Shown: positions 38,280 to 52,665, numbered from the whole stretch's first letter. The stretch: 58,955 nt of DNA, filler included, from Sphacelaria rigidula (GCA_964200075.2; 9 parts of 9 records of this genome joined end to end with filler, not necessarily neighbours in it); one strand, 5' to 3'. Translations and numbers: made by a program. Notes: a model not told the origin generated them from the sequence alone.

Positions 38280-40360
38280 CCTGGATTCTTGCACATGTGT
38301 GCCATCGGTCACTACGCAAGTTTGGATCGACGAAGTTTCTTCATTTTTTTCTTCTACTGTTTTTCGGGGATCCGACAGGATCCAAGTTTCTCCGAGAAAC
38401 CTGGTACTCTCCAAATACGGTAAAAAAGTCAAGAAAAAAAAAAAAACTGACCTTGATAAGTTGCGTAATGACCTTGGGGCAAAATTTCAGGGTCTGACTT
38501 CTAAAAACGGCGTAAAGTTTTGCCGATGAGTGTTCTTCGTTGGATAAGCGTGAACCAGCCTGTATGGTATATGCGTGAAAACGGAGTGAGGTTTTGTGTG
38601 TGATGAATTTTTCCGTGCCACGGTGACACTGCAAACCACTTGATGTTAGAATGAAGATCGTATTTTTGGGCGTTCTCTGACGTGAACATGAAAATTCAAC
38701 CATCAGTCCATTGACTTTGGCCACGAAACTTTGTGGGGCCTTTCCTTGGGTTATGCGGTAACAGCTCGTTCGCGAAAAACGTGGGAAAAATGCAGTGCCG
38801 GTTCTCCGGGGTCCCAAAATGGAGGGTACTTCGAAAAAACGACTTGGATCCCGTAGGACCCCCGAAAAACGTTAGGAAAGTCACGAAAAAAATCACGTCC
38901 TTAGAAATTTGCGTAGTGAATCATAATACATTTGTGAACTTTTTCAGGGTTCAACTCCTGATAACGGCGTAAAGTTATGCGCGTTTGTACGAGGACGTGA
39001 GACTCCCAACTACTTGGTTTCAATTTGAAAGCGTCGTTTTTGGGTGCATTATACGTCAAGGCAAGAAAAACGGTACCGGTATGAGGTGTTTGAACTTTTC
39101 GACCAAACATTGTACATACAAGCTGGGCCAGCCTAAAAACGGATTCAAGCTCAAAAGCAATATCTCATCGACACAGATCAGTTGATCCGTGATCCGCATA
39201 TCGTATTAACCCTTTTGGGACTGAAGCTCACCAACACCACGCTCACGATGTGTTGGTAAAATAATAATAAACNNNNNNNNNNNNNNNNNNNNNNNNNNNN
39301 NNNNNNNNNNNNNNNNTTAATTAATTAANNNNNNNNNNNNNNNNNNNNNNNNNNNNNNNNNNNNNNNNNNNNACCCATGAGGCAGTGTATAAGCCGTGGC
39401 TATCTCTGGAAGTGGAAACACCAGATAACAAAGCAACTCATGGGAGGCTGTCATCCAAATGTAAGATAATCAGTAGGCTTCGGGCCGAACCAGCAGGATG
39501 CAACTCATCCTTCATGCGACTCGCCGAACACACTACGGCGCTTCGCGCCTGGTGATTGAGTGCGAGCCTGGTCCGGCGAAAACCCGGCGTGCTCCGTCCC
39601 GGCTTTGTAGGGATTCGAGGTCAATGGTCTGATGACTACGGCATGCATGATCATGAGACACCCCTCCCCCCCCAGAAAAGTGACTCGTTTGAGAAGGCAG
39701 AATCTGCACGTGAATCAAAGCGTCCGTTGACAGATCTCATGCAGACAAAAAGACAATCTGGGCAAGTTAGGAACGCTGAACACAACAAACACAGCAGTAC
39801 CGTACAGTACAGTACACGGCCCCAACACACAGCAGTAGGAGTGTCGCAGCAGCGGATAGCGCCTTGTTCGTTTAACGAAAGACGAAGCAGCCAACACATC
39901 ATGAAGTTTTCAACAATGTGCAGCCATCCATCACTGCGTGCCGACTTACGTTGTTCTCTGGGGAGACGAAAACATAGATAATATCGCAGCTCATGCAGTC
40001 CAAACCGTCTTCGCAACGCGTCAATACACTACAGTACAGACAGTGGAAGCCCCAACACATGACAGAGAGCGTGAGCGTGTTTTGCTGCGGGTACAGTGAA
40101 ACAGGACATGTCCCATGTTTCAGTCCTCCGCCTCATTTTGGACAGGTCTTCAGTAGTGGGCGAGTGGGCCGAGTTTGAAGGCTCGGCCATTATCTCATTT
40201 GTGTGTGGCAGGTCTAACTTGTGCTGCGGGTTTCGCCCGCTTATTCAACTAAGCAGATTCTGTCTCGGTACATGTTCAGAAGTTTGCCCGAACACTTGGA
40301 TCTGCCAGCCCTTCTCAAAATGTGTGTATCGGTGCTCACTCTCAGGTCAACCGAATCAAC

Positions 40361-40887
40361 CAATGTCGTGTTCTGTAGGGTACGGGTATGTTCCGTAGGG
40401 TATGGGATTGCTTACAGGACTTACAGAAAAAAAAAAAAAACGGGGGCCGGATCCACACTCCCGCAGCGGGGATAGAACTTGTTTGGAACAAACCGGGAGG
40501 CTTACAGAAAAGCGTACCAGCAATCGGGTATTTCTTGAAGGGCATATCCGCGCTCCGGATACGGGTATGCATTGTGTATAGAACTCACAGACCTGTCGGG
40601 CAAGGGTATGGGATGCGTACAAGACTCACAGAAACTATCGGGCAGAGTACATGAAGGCTGCACAGACAACCGTACCCGCAACTGGGTATCTTACCAAGAG
40701 CATACCCGTGCCCCCCGGTAACGGTACGGGAGGCTTACAGAACTCTCAGAACTATCGGGCAAGGGTATGAAGGTCTTGCAGGCTGTACATAACTGTCGGG
40801 TACCGATATGAAAATGTCGGGTATGGTAAATACCCGGGAAAATACCCCGGATATACAGAAAATCGTGCCCTACAGAACACAGCCTTG
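40361..40887. mobile_element. hAT-type MITE
   Basis: TIRs CAATGTCGTGTTCTGTAGGGTACG / CGTGCCCTACAGAACACAGCCTTG; 8-bp TSD GAATCAAC at 40353-40360 and 40888-40895; ACAGAA/GGGTA subterminal motifs. Confidence 0.9.
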
Positions 40888-41372
40888 GAATCAACCAAAC
40901 CAACCATGTTTTATGACCCATCCGTGAGCTCTATCGACAAAGCGTGCGCCGGGCGCATTTTTGCTTTAATCCGTATGAGAGGCGAAAACGTAGCCTCGAT
41001 CCCGCGAAGCTATGATCCTGCTCGTATGACGCCTGAGTCTGTGTGTGTGTTGTCGTCCTGTCTATTCTCGACGCCGGTCTACACCTTTCGGTATATGTTC
41101 GCGCACCATTTCTTCGACAAGAACCCGCCTTACGCTCTGTCGAGTGACTGTTTAAAGAACTTTTCCGGGAATATCACTACTTGATGTGAGTGTACACACC
41201 GAGATTTGGATCTTTGCAGAGGCTGACAGTCCCGAGTCTTTCTATTATAGCAGGCGAAGAGCGCTTTTTTAACCACATCGGCGCCGATGTGAGGTCTGTC
41301 AACGCGCACACTTTGCCTAGAAGACCGTCTCAACACCCCTTTCCCGAGGGTTCTCGGTATGCCTTATGTTAC

Positions 41373-41440
41373 GGGGGGGGGGGGGGGGGAGTACTCATTC
41401 GTTGCTTGCAACAGTCGTTTGATCATTGACCACGCATCGT
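41373..41440 (-). mobile_element. Short LINE 3' terminus (another fragment at ~45750-45800)
   Basis: Reverse complement of GATGCGTGGTCAATGATCAAACGACTGTTGCAAGCAACGAATGAGTACT+poly(C). Confidence 0.8.
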
Positions 41441-44400
41441 ACTTTTCAGGAAACAGCATCCACCAGTTACGAAAACATGAGTGGTTGTTCCTCGGCCCCC
41501 TCAATGTTAGCTATCCTCTGTGGAACGATTATTTTTCCGATCCCGAGCCGCCTCATGTTCGGGGGTAGGGTGAGGATTATTTCAAGACTATGGATGTCCG
41601 AGAACGTTCTGAAAAATTCACTCGACGGAGTGCAAGACCGAAAGTCACTTGAGGCGAGTGCAATTGACGAGTCATCCTACGATAGTGGAGAGGGTATTTT
41701 GGGCCACTTCCTGCACGAAATTCCCAGTCAAATCGTCGTAAAAGCAGCAACGGTTGTTCGAACGAGCGTGTTATGGATACATAACGCTCAGCCATACTGC
41801 TTCGCACCGTTTTAATGCAAATACAAGCTCACCGCGAGTGTGGCAAGTCGTCTGACACACCTACGAGCCTCTTTTTTCGTGGAATCAATCCGCCCCCACC
41901 CCCCATATCGTAGGATGACTCTGACCATCGCGCATATCCGTCCGCTCTCGTCAAATCCTTGCAGTAATCTGGTGGTCTGGCACCTGAGCTACTCGCGGAT
42001 CTTACCTACCGTCATGGCTATGCTTCGCTTGGAGGAGTAAAACCTCACCTATTGTACTGCACTGCTGGGAGTCGGCGGCGAGAAGGTCGAGGGAAGACAG
42101 AAGGAGACCCCCATCTACGTGGATTGCGGCGAAACACGTAGACTAAATAGTGATTCATTTTCCAGGATGCCGTGGGGTCGTGCCGAGTGCGTAGGAGAAG
42201 TAAGGGCCGTTGTACGCCGGAGAGCAATGGATGACGCTTGCTTTTCCTCGATTTAATTAGCAACGCCCAAATATATTTATGTGTATTCCCGCCTGCTTTT
42301 GGGTGAATTTTTGGCTCTGATTGACGACGTCAGCTCTGATTAATTGTTGTGCTTCTCGGGTACAAAGTTTCAATTTTTTGGCCCACGACGTGGCAGAATG
42401 CCCGTTTTTTTTCCCCTCTTTTGCCCAGGCTTGACTGGGATCGTGCTGCCTCCTGGATTGCGTTTTTCTTTCCGTTGCTTTACTACCGTTGGCACGCCGG
42501 GATTTCACTTGAAGTACAGAAGAGTGAGTGCCTGCGCAAAAATTCCCTTTTTTTGTTCATTTTTTGTCAAGTTGCCATTTTCCTCTTTCGTCGAGTAAAA
42601 AAGGGAACAGGGAGCTTTAGCTCACTGTCCCGGGCGTGAGATTCCTGCCGCGAACCTCACCAGAATGCTATTTTTTGTGAAGAAAAAAAATGGTCGAGTA
42701 TGTAGGAGGTACTTCATGCCAGGACATTGAGGCCCGGGTAAGTTTGTAGGAGACGCTCGTGCCAATACGTGGAGGTCCGATACAGCAGGGTTGGCCTACG
42801 AAGGCTATGTACAAGACATGAGAAATCGGCTTGACGAGAACATGAAAAAATTGCTTGCTGCGTGGATAGCTCATGCCCCTGTTTGTGGCTTCGGTTGGTA
42901 CTAAACAGAGTTTCACGCGGAGATTGGCGCCGAAATCCGATGGTTGTACATTTATATATATACTTACTCATAGTGTAGACCAACACAGTGATATCTTGTA
43001 AGGACTTCCAATCACGAGCGCTCGTGCAGCGTGCGCGTAGCACGCAGCATGCGGTTTGGCTCGAAATGGCGCGGTAATGCGTCCATTCGATCCAAAGTAG
43101 AGCACACTTTTGTCTAGGTCACTTTTGTGACGCCCCCCCCCCCCCTCCCTCCCCTTGTCCGAGGGTTCTCGGTCCGCCTTGACTTCGTGTTCGGGTTTAA
43201 GGGTTAGCGTTAGGCTTGACAAACAAACAGTTATTTGTTCACCATGGGGCTTTGACGCCGAACGGGGTTAGAACCGTCTCGTAGCAAAGCGCGTTGTTCG
43301 TGTACGAGTAAAGTGGTTGAGTGCTGTGAGGAGTCGGAGGCTCGCGGCGAGCCGGTTCCAGTGGGTGGTGCACCGGTTGGAGTGTTGCGTTTGTCACCCG
43401 TTGCTGTGGGGTCTTGTGTGGTGCGACTCTACTCGCGTTTGATCGCGTGCAGCCTCCCTATGACGTGTGCCGGTATTCATGATCAATTGAAGAATGTTGC
43501 TGTGTTGTGTTTTTGGGAATTGCGCTGCAGCGTGCATGCATGCTTCTTCTCTACTCCCATGTTTCTATACCCCCCCCCCCCCCCAGGGGATGTCGTTTGT
43601 GTTGCTTATTATTTGTTTTTTATGTGTCGTTGGAGGATGCTTCCCTCCTTCTTCACTGGACACGTATGTGTACGTAACCATGTTGTTCTGCCGACTTGTA
43701 GTTGATGATGATGATGTTCAAACTCTTGCTCTATGTGCATTTTGAGCGGTGGTTTCTGTTGTCCGTCACTTGGCAAAGGAGTCGCATCGAGCACTTCTCC
43801 CCGCGCCGTTCATACGCTGCAAAAGCAGCACAGCCGCGAAGTTTCCAACTGGTGACCGTGTCATCCCTTCGTGCCTCCAACCATCTGCCTTCATTCGCCA
43901 TGCCGCTACCAAAAGTTCTGCCGGGTGTCCAAAAAAGTTGGATTATCGGTTATTGCTGTGAATAGTGTGCCTTCATCGGAACAATAAAATATCTGTTTTG
44001 GAGAGGAGGACTTCAAGGTGGGGGGAGGGAATGTTCCTGTGGTTCGTGACAGACACGTGTTGTATCTGCCCATGGCGGAAGCATCTAGCAGTAACGACAT
44101 TAGAGGTTGCCGATGTGGCCGGTTGGTTGATGATGCGGATGCGGGGCGTCCTGTATGGTGTCAACTACTAATGCGTTCCAGATACATAATCGGAACCAGT
44201 ATATTGGTTCCTTGCTGTGTGTTATTATGCAAAGCCGGCGGATAGAGACATAAAAAAATACATAAGATTCAGCCCCAAATTGGGACTCGATCCCGAAGCA
44301 GAACGCTCTCCAATCTAAAAGTAAGTCATGACAAATGTCTTTTCCCCCCTGACCTATTATAGGGACCCTCGATCGGGGTGACATTTCTTTGGCGGGTCTC

Positions 44401-44538
44401 GCGAATAACGTACATCCTACACAGCGCCGATCGAAAATATCTTGTCGTCCCCATTCGAGGGTGACGAATTGAACAGCAAAATGACGCTTTCGCTGAGCGC
44501 TCAGGAGGAGGCGTACGGAGTTTTCGTTCGAAGCCGGA

Positions 44539-44666
44539 GTGATGCTACGGTAGGGGTACATAAATATTTTCTGAGGTTAGAATTGTTAGGAGCCCTTTAT
44601 CTCATCCAAAACACGACTTATGAAAATATGCGAGAGTACTCCAGGAGTGCTATTCCAATGTGCTAT
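44539..44666 (+). repeat. Dispersed repeat, copy at 58771-58896
   Basis: GTGATGCTACGGTAGGGGT..AAATATTTTCTGAGGTTAGAATTGTTAGGAGCC..CTATTCCAATGTGCT nearly identical in two contigs. Confidence 0.85.
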
Positions 44667-45999
44667 TGTACGTGACATTACTTTTGAGTCAGGGAAGGCG
44701 CTGTTTTGGGGTTGATCTTCGTGTTTGGGCTGGGTCGCATTTTTTAAAACGATCCCCAGATATTTCCATCGTCACAAAATAATCCGTCTGTGCGCTCGTT
44801 CTGATCGTTTTTTTTTAAACATGCCCCCCTCCATCCATTCTTGCTCCTTCCGAGGGGTTGAACGTCCCTGGCCTCTATCGAACAAGCAACATTCCAAGAG
44901 CTGAGCAGCACCACCTTGTCCTACAAAGCCGTGCTCTTGCTACGAAGATCTGTTCTTTTGGGTGTTCATCGGGTAAGAAAAACGTTCTCTGGAAAATGAA
45001 GAATTGTTCGCCGTTGCCTCAAGAATCAGGGAAACCTCTGATCTTCGACTTGGAAGCATACGTCCTCCATCTTGCGAATATTCTGTCGAATGTCGAACCT
45101 TTGATTCGTCAGCGTGCAAGGTGTTGTGCTTCAGTCAGTCTACAGCGCTCTGCACTCCCGTCGCATATAAAACCGGTAGCATGAAAAATGGGAAATTGCG
45201 CCGGGATCCCGAGTTTGGCTGTCTTTCCGAGGTGGCATGCATCTAGCCTCTCATAAAAATCATTTTTCGGGCAAAAATCGGCTTCAAATCGCTTAACCAC
45301 ACACATGGTTATTTTTTTCCAGTTATTTTTTGTCACATAATATTATAACATGTCCACAGCTGCGGCCTGACGGGAGCACAAACTTCCGATCCAGATGCAC
45401 GACTTGATCCATGATGATGTATATACCTTGCCGGTCCATATTATTATGTGCACGGGACCTAGCAGCAGGTCATGCCCAAATCGCCCCTCAGATTCCCCCT
45501 CATAGAAAGGGAGAGGCTGTTGAGATGTACGAGGGAAAATTAGGGCGGAAACCCCATCCTTTCCATTTCTCCACCAGTACGGTATACCCAACTGGAAAAG
45601 GCCTTCACCGTCACTCAGGGATTGCCTGCGCGTGCGCAGCTCAAAACCGAGGAGTTTTGACAGTCTTCAGTTATTTTGGCGGCCAGGGGGGGGATATGGG
45701 GGCGGGGCGGGCGGGTATTCATTACTACTTGTTGCTGGCCTGACATAGTCGTTTGGCCATTGACCACGCATCCCTCTTGAGACGGAGCACCGTTCCTGAC
45801 CCATCGTACGACTGAGAAGGGGGGGGGGGGGGTNNNNNNNNNNNNNNNNNNNNNNNNNNNNNNNNNNNNNNNNNNNNTTAATTAATTAANNNNNNNNNNN
45901 NNNNNNNNNNNNNNNNNNNNNNNNNNNNNNNNNAAAATTTTTCGGTCCGAAAGGAACGGGGGGGCCAAAGAACAACACCCTCAGCAAACAAAAAAAGGC

Positions 46000-46030
<31 letters not shown>

Positions 46031-46179
46031 ATCCCATCAATGGACTATGGCATGCATGATCATGAGTACACCCCCATCCCATCCCACTCAAATGGAAGTG
46101 GGGATAAGAGGAACTACTCATCGTAGGCCAGCATACATACCTTGGCGTCTCAAAAAATACTGTTCTTGGGAGAGGCCCA

Positions 46180-48715
46180 CGCAAGATGCATATCGAGTAA
46201 AACTACAGCAGGATGGGAAAAGTATACTTAATTACGAAAGAAACTAAAGAATATGGTGGAGAAGAAAACGAAGGGAGTATGGGAAGATGTAGTGAACAAA
46301 ACAAATGGAGATTTCGATGACGGGGTGAAGCAAATGTGGGTAGGGATAAAAGGGATCATGGGAAGCTCGGCAGGAAACATAGACAACGGGATAGCCACAC
46401 TACGGGCACAGAACGGTAAAATCGTCAGTAGTTCGAAGGGAAGGAGAGAAGTGCTAGTCGAGCACTACCGTAAACTAGGAACACCAAAAACTAACTCGAA
46501 CTTCTACACGGAGTTCGAAAAATAAATCAACGTGTGGGCAGAGGCTAATGTTGAGGCATCCAAACGAGAGGATAGTGGCTAGAAAGAATCGCAGAGAGAA
46601 TTCACCAGATATGACGTACAGGAGTGTGTAGCTGAACTCAAGAACAGAAAGGCAGCAAGAGCAGACGGAATAGTGAATGGATTTCTGAAGCACGGGGAGA
46701 AGGTATGGTTACCATGATGGTTATGTGCACACCCAAGAGGTGGAGAGGACGGGTAGTAATCAACCTTTTCAAAAAAGGAGACAGGACTGACCCAGGAAAT
46801 CATAGAGGGATGGCGCTACTGATACCGGTAGAGAAAACATTATGTAAGATTCTGAACAGATTCTGAACGATAGAGTGGGAGCGATGCCAGAAAAGGATGA
46901 GAAGATCAGCAAGGGGCAAGCAGGTTTCCGTAGTTGCGTATACCATGTGTACACATCAGGTAAGATTATTCAAGGTAGGAAATATGCCGGGCTGAGAACG
47001 TACTGTTTATTTCTGGACGTAAAAAAGGCTCATGACACAGCATGGAGAAATGGGCTGCGGAAAAAGTCGTGGGAAACTTGCATCAGAGGAAATATGTGGA
47101 AAATGGTAAAGAAGATGACAGAATGTGCCAAAAGTGCCATGATGCTAGAGGGAGAAATATCGAAACACTTTGATATTTTACAAGGCGTTGCAAAAGGATG
47201 TACGTTATCACCCACCTTATTCAAGGTATATATTAATGACTTGATATTAGCAATAAAAACAGCAAAACAAGGGGTCAACGTGGGTGAATATATGGTGTCA
47301 GGATTGATGTTCGCGGATAACTTCGTTGGGATCTCAGGAACAGCAGAAGGATTACAGACACAGATGGACAAGGCGCTAGAATACACTACGAAATGAAGAG
47401 TGACGGCGAACGTCAACAAATGCGCGGTACTCATAGGTAACGGAGATGAGAAAACATCCGGTAGTTCAAATGCAAGTGGGGAAAAGTAGACCAGTATACA
47501 TACCTTGGCGTAGAGATATCGAAAAACTGATATTGGGATGTACACATAAACAAAGTAATAGAAAAGGGTAAGGCAACGATAGGCTGTATGGACGTGGTCC
47601 TCAGAGACTCGCACCTAGACACTAGGATTAAGAGATATACTCTGATGAACGTGAGTGTACCAAAGCTGGAGAATGCAGGAGAGGTACGGGAAGGGGACGC
47701 GAAGTTGGTGAACAAGTTGAAAACCGCACCAATGGCAGCAGCTAAGAAAATACTTGAATGCTCGAAAACGATGAGTAATACAGCATTGAAAGCAGAGTTG
47801 GGAATGTACCCACTTGAAACAAACAGAGACATGAGGAAATTGCGACGGCAATATAGCTTGAAGAACACGCAGATAAGGATATTGCCAGCCATGGTTGATA
47901 GAGCTGTATGGAAGAAAATTAGGAAAGGGCAGGCTGGAAAAAAAGTGGTTTTGTCGTTCTGTTCGACCCTTTTTGTTTTCTTCTGTTCCTTTTTTTTCTC
48001 AGAGCGTGTTTCAGTTTCGTGTTTGTTGGGTACGTCTATTATGAGACCACGGCTGGACCCCTGGGGGATCACTTAAAGTGCGTCAATCAATCAAAATCAA
48101 TCAGAGAAGTCGAGAAATCATGGAAGGAGATAGGGAAACGCGCAGACGCAAAGTAGACGAGGAATAACACGTTGTGGTATACGGGAGGTTTAAGGAAGGG
48201 ATGGGTACTCAAACACATTTGCATGGCCCCATGGACGCGGCGAAAAAGTTGAAACTGCGATTTCGGGCGGGTGATCTGAACCTGCCAGAAAAGAAGAAAG
48301 ATATATACCAGTAGTCGAGAGGAGGAGGAAGTAGAGGCACAGAATTGCCCCTGTGGCAGAACAATAGAGAGCAAAACTCACAAAATGGCAGGATGTGAAT
48401 GTACAGGGAGGAACGGGGCGTGCTGGAGGGAAAAAGTGCGAGACGTGAACGAAGGTTGCAATGAAATCGTTTTGTACGTGAGACACGGGCGAGAAAACGA
48501 TGGCTATACTAGGAGATAGATTGTGGCCACAGACGGCGAAACAGGACGGGGATAAGATATGCAAAAGGTTTTTGTATATTGCATGGAAGGAACGTAATGA
48601 GCACCGCAATGTTGGAGGTGTCTTTATTAGGAGTAGGAACGGTGCTCCATCTCGAAAGGGATGCGTGGTCAATGGTCAAACGTCTGAGGCAAGCAACAAA
48701 TGAGTACCCCCCACC
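46180..48715 (+). mobile_element. Degenerate 5'-truncated non-LTR retrotransposon (LINE) with RT domain
   Basis: QAGFR, CLFLDVKKAHD, QGVAKGCTLSPTLF, MFADNF motifs; C-terminal CPCG...H zinc-knuckle-like region; many stops and frameshifts. Confidence 0.93.
47940..48101 (+). mobile_element. 3' tail of another retroposon inserted in the LINE (similar tail at ~53010-53283)
   Basis: T-rich tract, GGGTACGTCTAT...GGGGATC...TGCG, (CAAT)n end; absent from the colinear LINE copy at ~25375-25410. Confidence 0.7.
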
Positions 48716-49187
48716 CCTCTTTGGTATCATCTCAAGGGCTAACCCAAAGAGGGTGATCATGAGTACACCCTATTTAGGTTGGCACTTGAGGTGATACCAA
48801 AACTCAAACGCTGCGTTCAGCAAGCACTCGGGCGACGGGATTCAGAGGGAAATCCCAAGGGAAACGATACGTGATGGAATGTAGTATGCGTATGTGGTGA
48901 ATCGAGGATCTATGCTCTTGCTGACTATGCTTTTGCCACTGTATGCTTTGCTTCTCCCTTTACGAGAAGTTGGGAACTTCACGCTTCCTTTTCAAAGAGT
49001 CTTTGCCGTGAGCTCCTTTTCTCTTCGTGAAATATCAGTTGCCATTTTTTTCATGAGGTGTGCCCATGTGCATGTGCATGTACCGCAGTGGCGTTACTGT
49101 CTAGTTGTACATTAATGCAGGAGACGGACAGCGATTTTTTGGGCGTACATGTCACGACCTCTTCTTGGCAACAAAGAGATAAGAGTG

Positions 49188-49450
49188 ACGTGACACTTTC
49201 TACGACAGCCCCCCCCCCCCCAAGAAGTGGCTGGTTTGGGGAGGCAAAATCTACACATGAATCGAAAAACAAAAATCCGGGCACAACGAGTAGCTGGGGA
49301 TTCGAACGCTTGGGCTCGTTTTCGCCTATGTCGCCCATATGAGGCGCTTCATGCAGCCTGAAGCCACACATTCGGCGCTGCATGACCAATTTCTTCGTGA
49401 CACTTTTGGCCTGGTTTTTCGGGGCGGGGCTATCGTAGAAAGTGTCACGT
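49188..49450. mobile_element. MITE with ACGTGACACTTTCTACGA(C/T)AGCCCC TIRs; second copy 57033-57290 in opposite orientation
   Basis: TIR pair visible; interior CGCTTGGGCTCGTTTTCGCC..ATATGAGGCGCTTCA matches the reverse complement at 57096-57170. Confidence 0.85.
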
Positions 49451-49705
49451 GTAAACAGTAGTCACTCTATCTCAGCAAACGCGGTCCGCACAAGCGGCAT
49501 TGCTCTGTTTAGATTACATTTGTTCGTTCTCATTTGATGAGCTTTTTCGCCGTGGTGCAATGGATAACGGTCTCCTTACATTATGTTGTTCACCTTGATA
49601 TTTATATATATATTTATATATATATATATATATGACCGCTTTACTGCAGTCATTTTTTCCGCTCATTAATATTTTTGCTGCTCGCCCGAAAAATTGTAAA
49701 AAAAG

Positions 49706-51279
49706 GTTCTGGACAGTACGAATAGTGCGAGCATCGGAGCTAACACTGCCGTGGCACCCGAGCTAAAGAAGGGTGTGCGGATGTTGATGCACCACACCAG
49801 AGATACGGACAGGAAACAGTGGAATGAGACAAGAGTCCTCGCCATGCAGGTAAAGCTCGGCAGCCACTTCGCACTGCCATTGGTCATGGTGGTTGTGTCA
49901 TGCCCTAGTGTGATGTTGTATAGGTCTGGTCCAGTCTAGTCCGGTCCGGTCGAGTCCCCATGTCGCTCCGGTCGGGCTTGTATGCGTGTGTGTGTCTCGT
50001 TCCATGTTGTGTAATGTTTTCCGGTTATGAGTCTCGTTTCCCCCCATTCACTGCGCTCCTCTTCTTTTGCATTGCCTACAAGTATTGCTGCACACGAAAC
50101 ACCAACGCAGTACCCGGAACAAGTACCTGCGTGATACGATATTTCTCGGGCCTGCAGAAAAACGCAGCCAAATGGCAATCGTAGTGTTTCAGTCTTGGTT
50201 TTTGTTGGCTACATGTGTCATGTGACAGCGGCTGGATTCCTGCGGGGTGAGTTAACGTGCGACAATCAATAAATCTAATAAAAACCATTCTGTCCGTGTA
50301 CGTATGGTCTACCGTGGTAGTTCGGATGGTGCCGTCGCAGCGTCGTCTGTACGTGAAGCAGAGCATCTGCCGGTTGTCTTTTTGTACGATACCAAATGTC
50401 CCGAGAACATTTATATCAACCAACAAACGGTATTTATTGGCGCATCTCCCGATGTCTGGTAGGGACTGGGTCGTGTTCTGCGCGCCTACGTAGGCGACCT
50501 TGCCCGGTACGACTGGTTCTGTGGAGATGGAGGCGTGTGGGCTAAGTCTCTCCAGGTGACTACAAAGATGTGTAACCGTCCACCGTGTGGTCGCTGTTGG
50601 TCATCTGTTGGCTTGGCAGCATTTTTACTTCGAGTAATGATTGTACTACGACGCAGATGACCGACCATGGCGACCGAGTTGTTATCTAATGGACGAATGA
50701 AGACTGTGGCGGTTGTAGCTCTCAATGGGTAAAACCTATGGCTGGTTTTATGAGGGAGACTTTGATTATCCCGGTATGGCTTTGACTTTGGAGAAGAAAA
50801 AAGTGGAGGAGTGAGACCGCTTCTCCTCGCTCACGAAACTTTGAAGTGCGACGTGTGTGTATATGCGTGGATGATGAATAGGTATCGTGTGTACCGTGAA
50901 TGCATACGTGTGAAGGTGTTGTTGTGACGGCGAACACACGGAATACACGGGACGTTGTCGCTCGTACATGTAGCCGCGATGTAGCTGGCAGGAAAGAAAT
51001 TTGCGTATTGCCCATGATGAGATCTTGAGTGGAACAGTGCGTGATGGCGTCGTCTGTGCACTTGGGGACAGGCTGCCTCCGAGTTGCTTCGTATGTAGTC
51101 GCGTCGCATTCGAATATGTACCTCTTTTGGTTATATTTCAATTCCTACCGCGACAGCAGCAACAATCGCTGTTGGTGTTTGGTGTTCCGTGTCGGAGACA
51201 GGTGTACCGCGACGCGTGCTTGCTTGGGAGCGACAGCCAGGAGGTGGCCCTGGCGGGAGTGGACGGTATCTCAACCATG
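49706..51279 (+). CDS. MON2: MON2 (Arf-GEF-like Golgi/endosome trafficking protein), three internal exons 49706-49849, 50463-50555, 51202-51279
   Basis: Phase-0 AG/GT exons join to ...RMLMHHTRDTDRKQWNETRVLAMQ|GLGRVLRAY...WF...VWAKSLQ|VYRDACLLGSDSQEVALAGVDGISTM, matching the recalled MON2 C-terminal motif HHSRDT.EKQW.ET.VL.L.G..R....EVSLAAL. Confidence 0.82.
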
Positions 51280-52665
51280 GTACGTGAGCTTCGTTACTAT
51301 TTGGTATTTTGGCCAGCCATAAGTCGTTCAACCCACCCCCTTCCCCTCCTTCTTCCCCTCCTCGAGACGAATCCGTCGTTTCAAGGAATTAGCCCGTCTG
51401 TCGCGCGACACCTTCCTTGCATTATGTCGTCGATCATCGGATTATGACTAGTGGCAAATCCGCACCCCCATCAACATTCGTGGGGTTTTTGTTTACCTCA
51501 AGCATGTGCGTTATTTTGTCGTCCACGATGGTCCATTGTTGCACGCAATAGTCCGACTTCTCAAGCCTGGAGTCGCAGGGTCCCGGCATTGTACATCAAT
51601 GCGTTGTCATCCTGCAGCGATCAAGCAATCAACATTCCGCACGATTTGGTGTATTCGCTCAAGCTGCTGACTCGCGACATGGTCTGTGACTAACCGTTGG
51701 ATGATGGTGAGGGATCTGAAGTCGAGTTCTTGAAAGAGAAGAATATCATATTTATGGTAGTCGTTGTCATCATTCAGTTGACAAGTGATTTTTTATTTCA
51801 TTTTCTGGTGATTAAAATCAAGATATGTACATTGTACGTCATCACGAAGCTGTCTCCATAAGCCCCCCAAAAAACCCTTGTTGTGTGTGTACTACAACGG
51901 CCATCGGATGGTGATGCTTTTGATGCTGTCGCTGTCGCTGCTGCTGCTGATTATTATTATTATGATTGTTAATAGAGCATGGCCTACAAAAGGTATACCT
52001 GATCTAGGCATCACTTCTATCGACACATTAAGTAGACTCACAAGTTACAGCGCGTCGGTCTTTTGTGATCCGGTGGGTTGTGGAACACTTTTGTATGGTT
52101 GCGATCTCGGGGCTGGTGTCACGGTCAAGCTAGGCTCTTCCGCCACCAACGGGCGGTTGTCGCATCATCGATGGTTGGTTCAAGAAACGGGTACAGTACT
52201 AGTCGTCATGCATGTAGAGATAGGGACAGAACAGTGATAGCGGAGAGACTCGGGAGCCATTTCCGGGGAGAAATGGGCGTGGTCGTTGTAGCGTCCGTGA
52301 ACAGCAAATGAACGGGAAAAGAGCCGAATGTGTGGGTGCCATGGTTGGAGTTGGTGCGTAGACTCCCTTGCGCGCGATGTGCCGCATCAGGTACNNNNNN
52401 NNNNNNNNNNNNNNNNNNNNNNNNNNNNNNNNNNNNNNTTAATTAATTAANNNNNNNNNNNNNNNNNNNNNNNNNNNNNNNNNNNNNNNNNNNNTACCTT
52501 GCGTCTGAGCGCTCCTTTTTCCCTTATTTCGATCATATCTCTTACTTTTGCCTTGTACCCCGCGTCGGGGGGGAGGGGCTATCGTAGAAAGTGTAATATA
52601 ATCTCCACGTTGTCTCCCCCCCTCCCCCTCCCCCACGACCCAAACCAAACGACCAAAAGGAGTAC

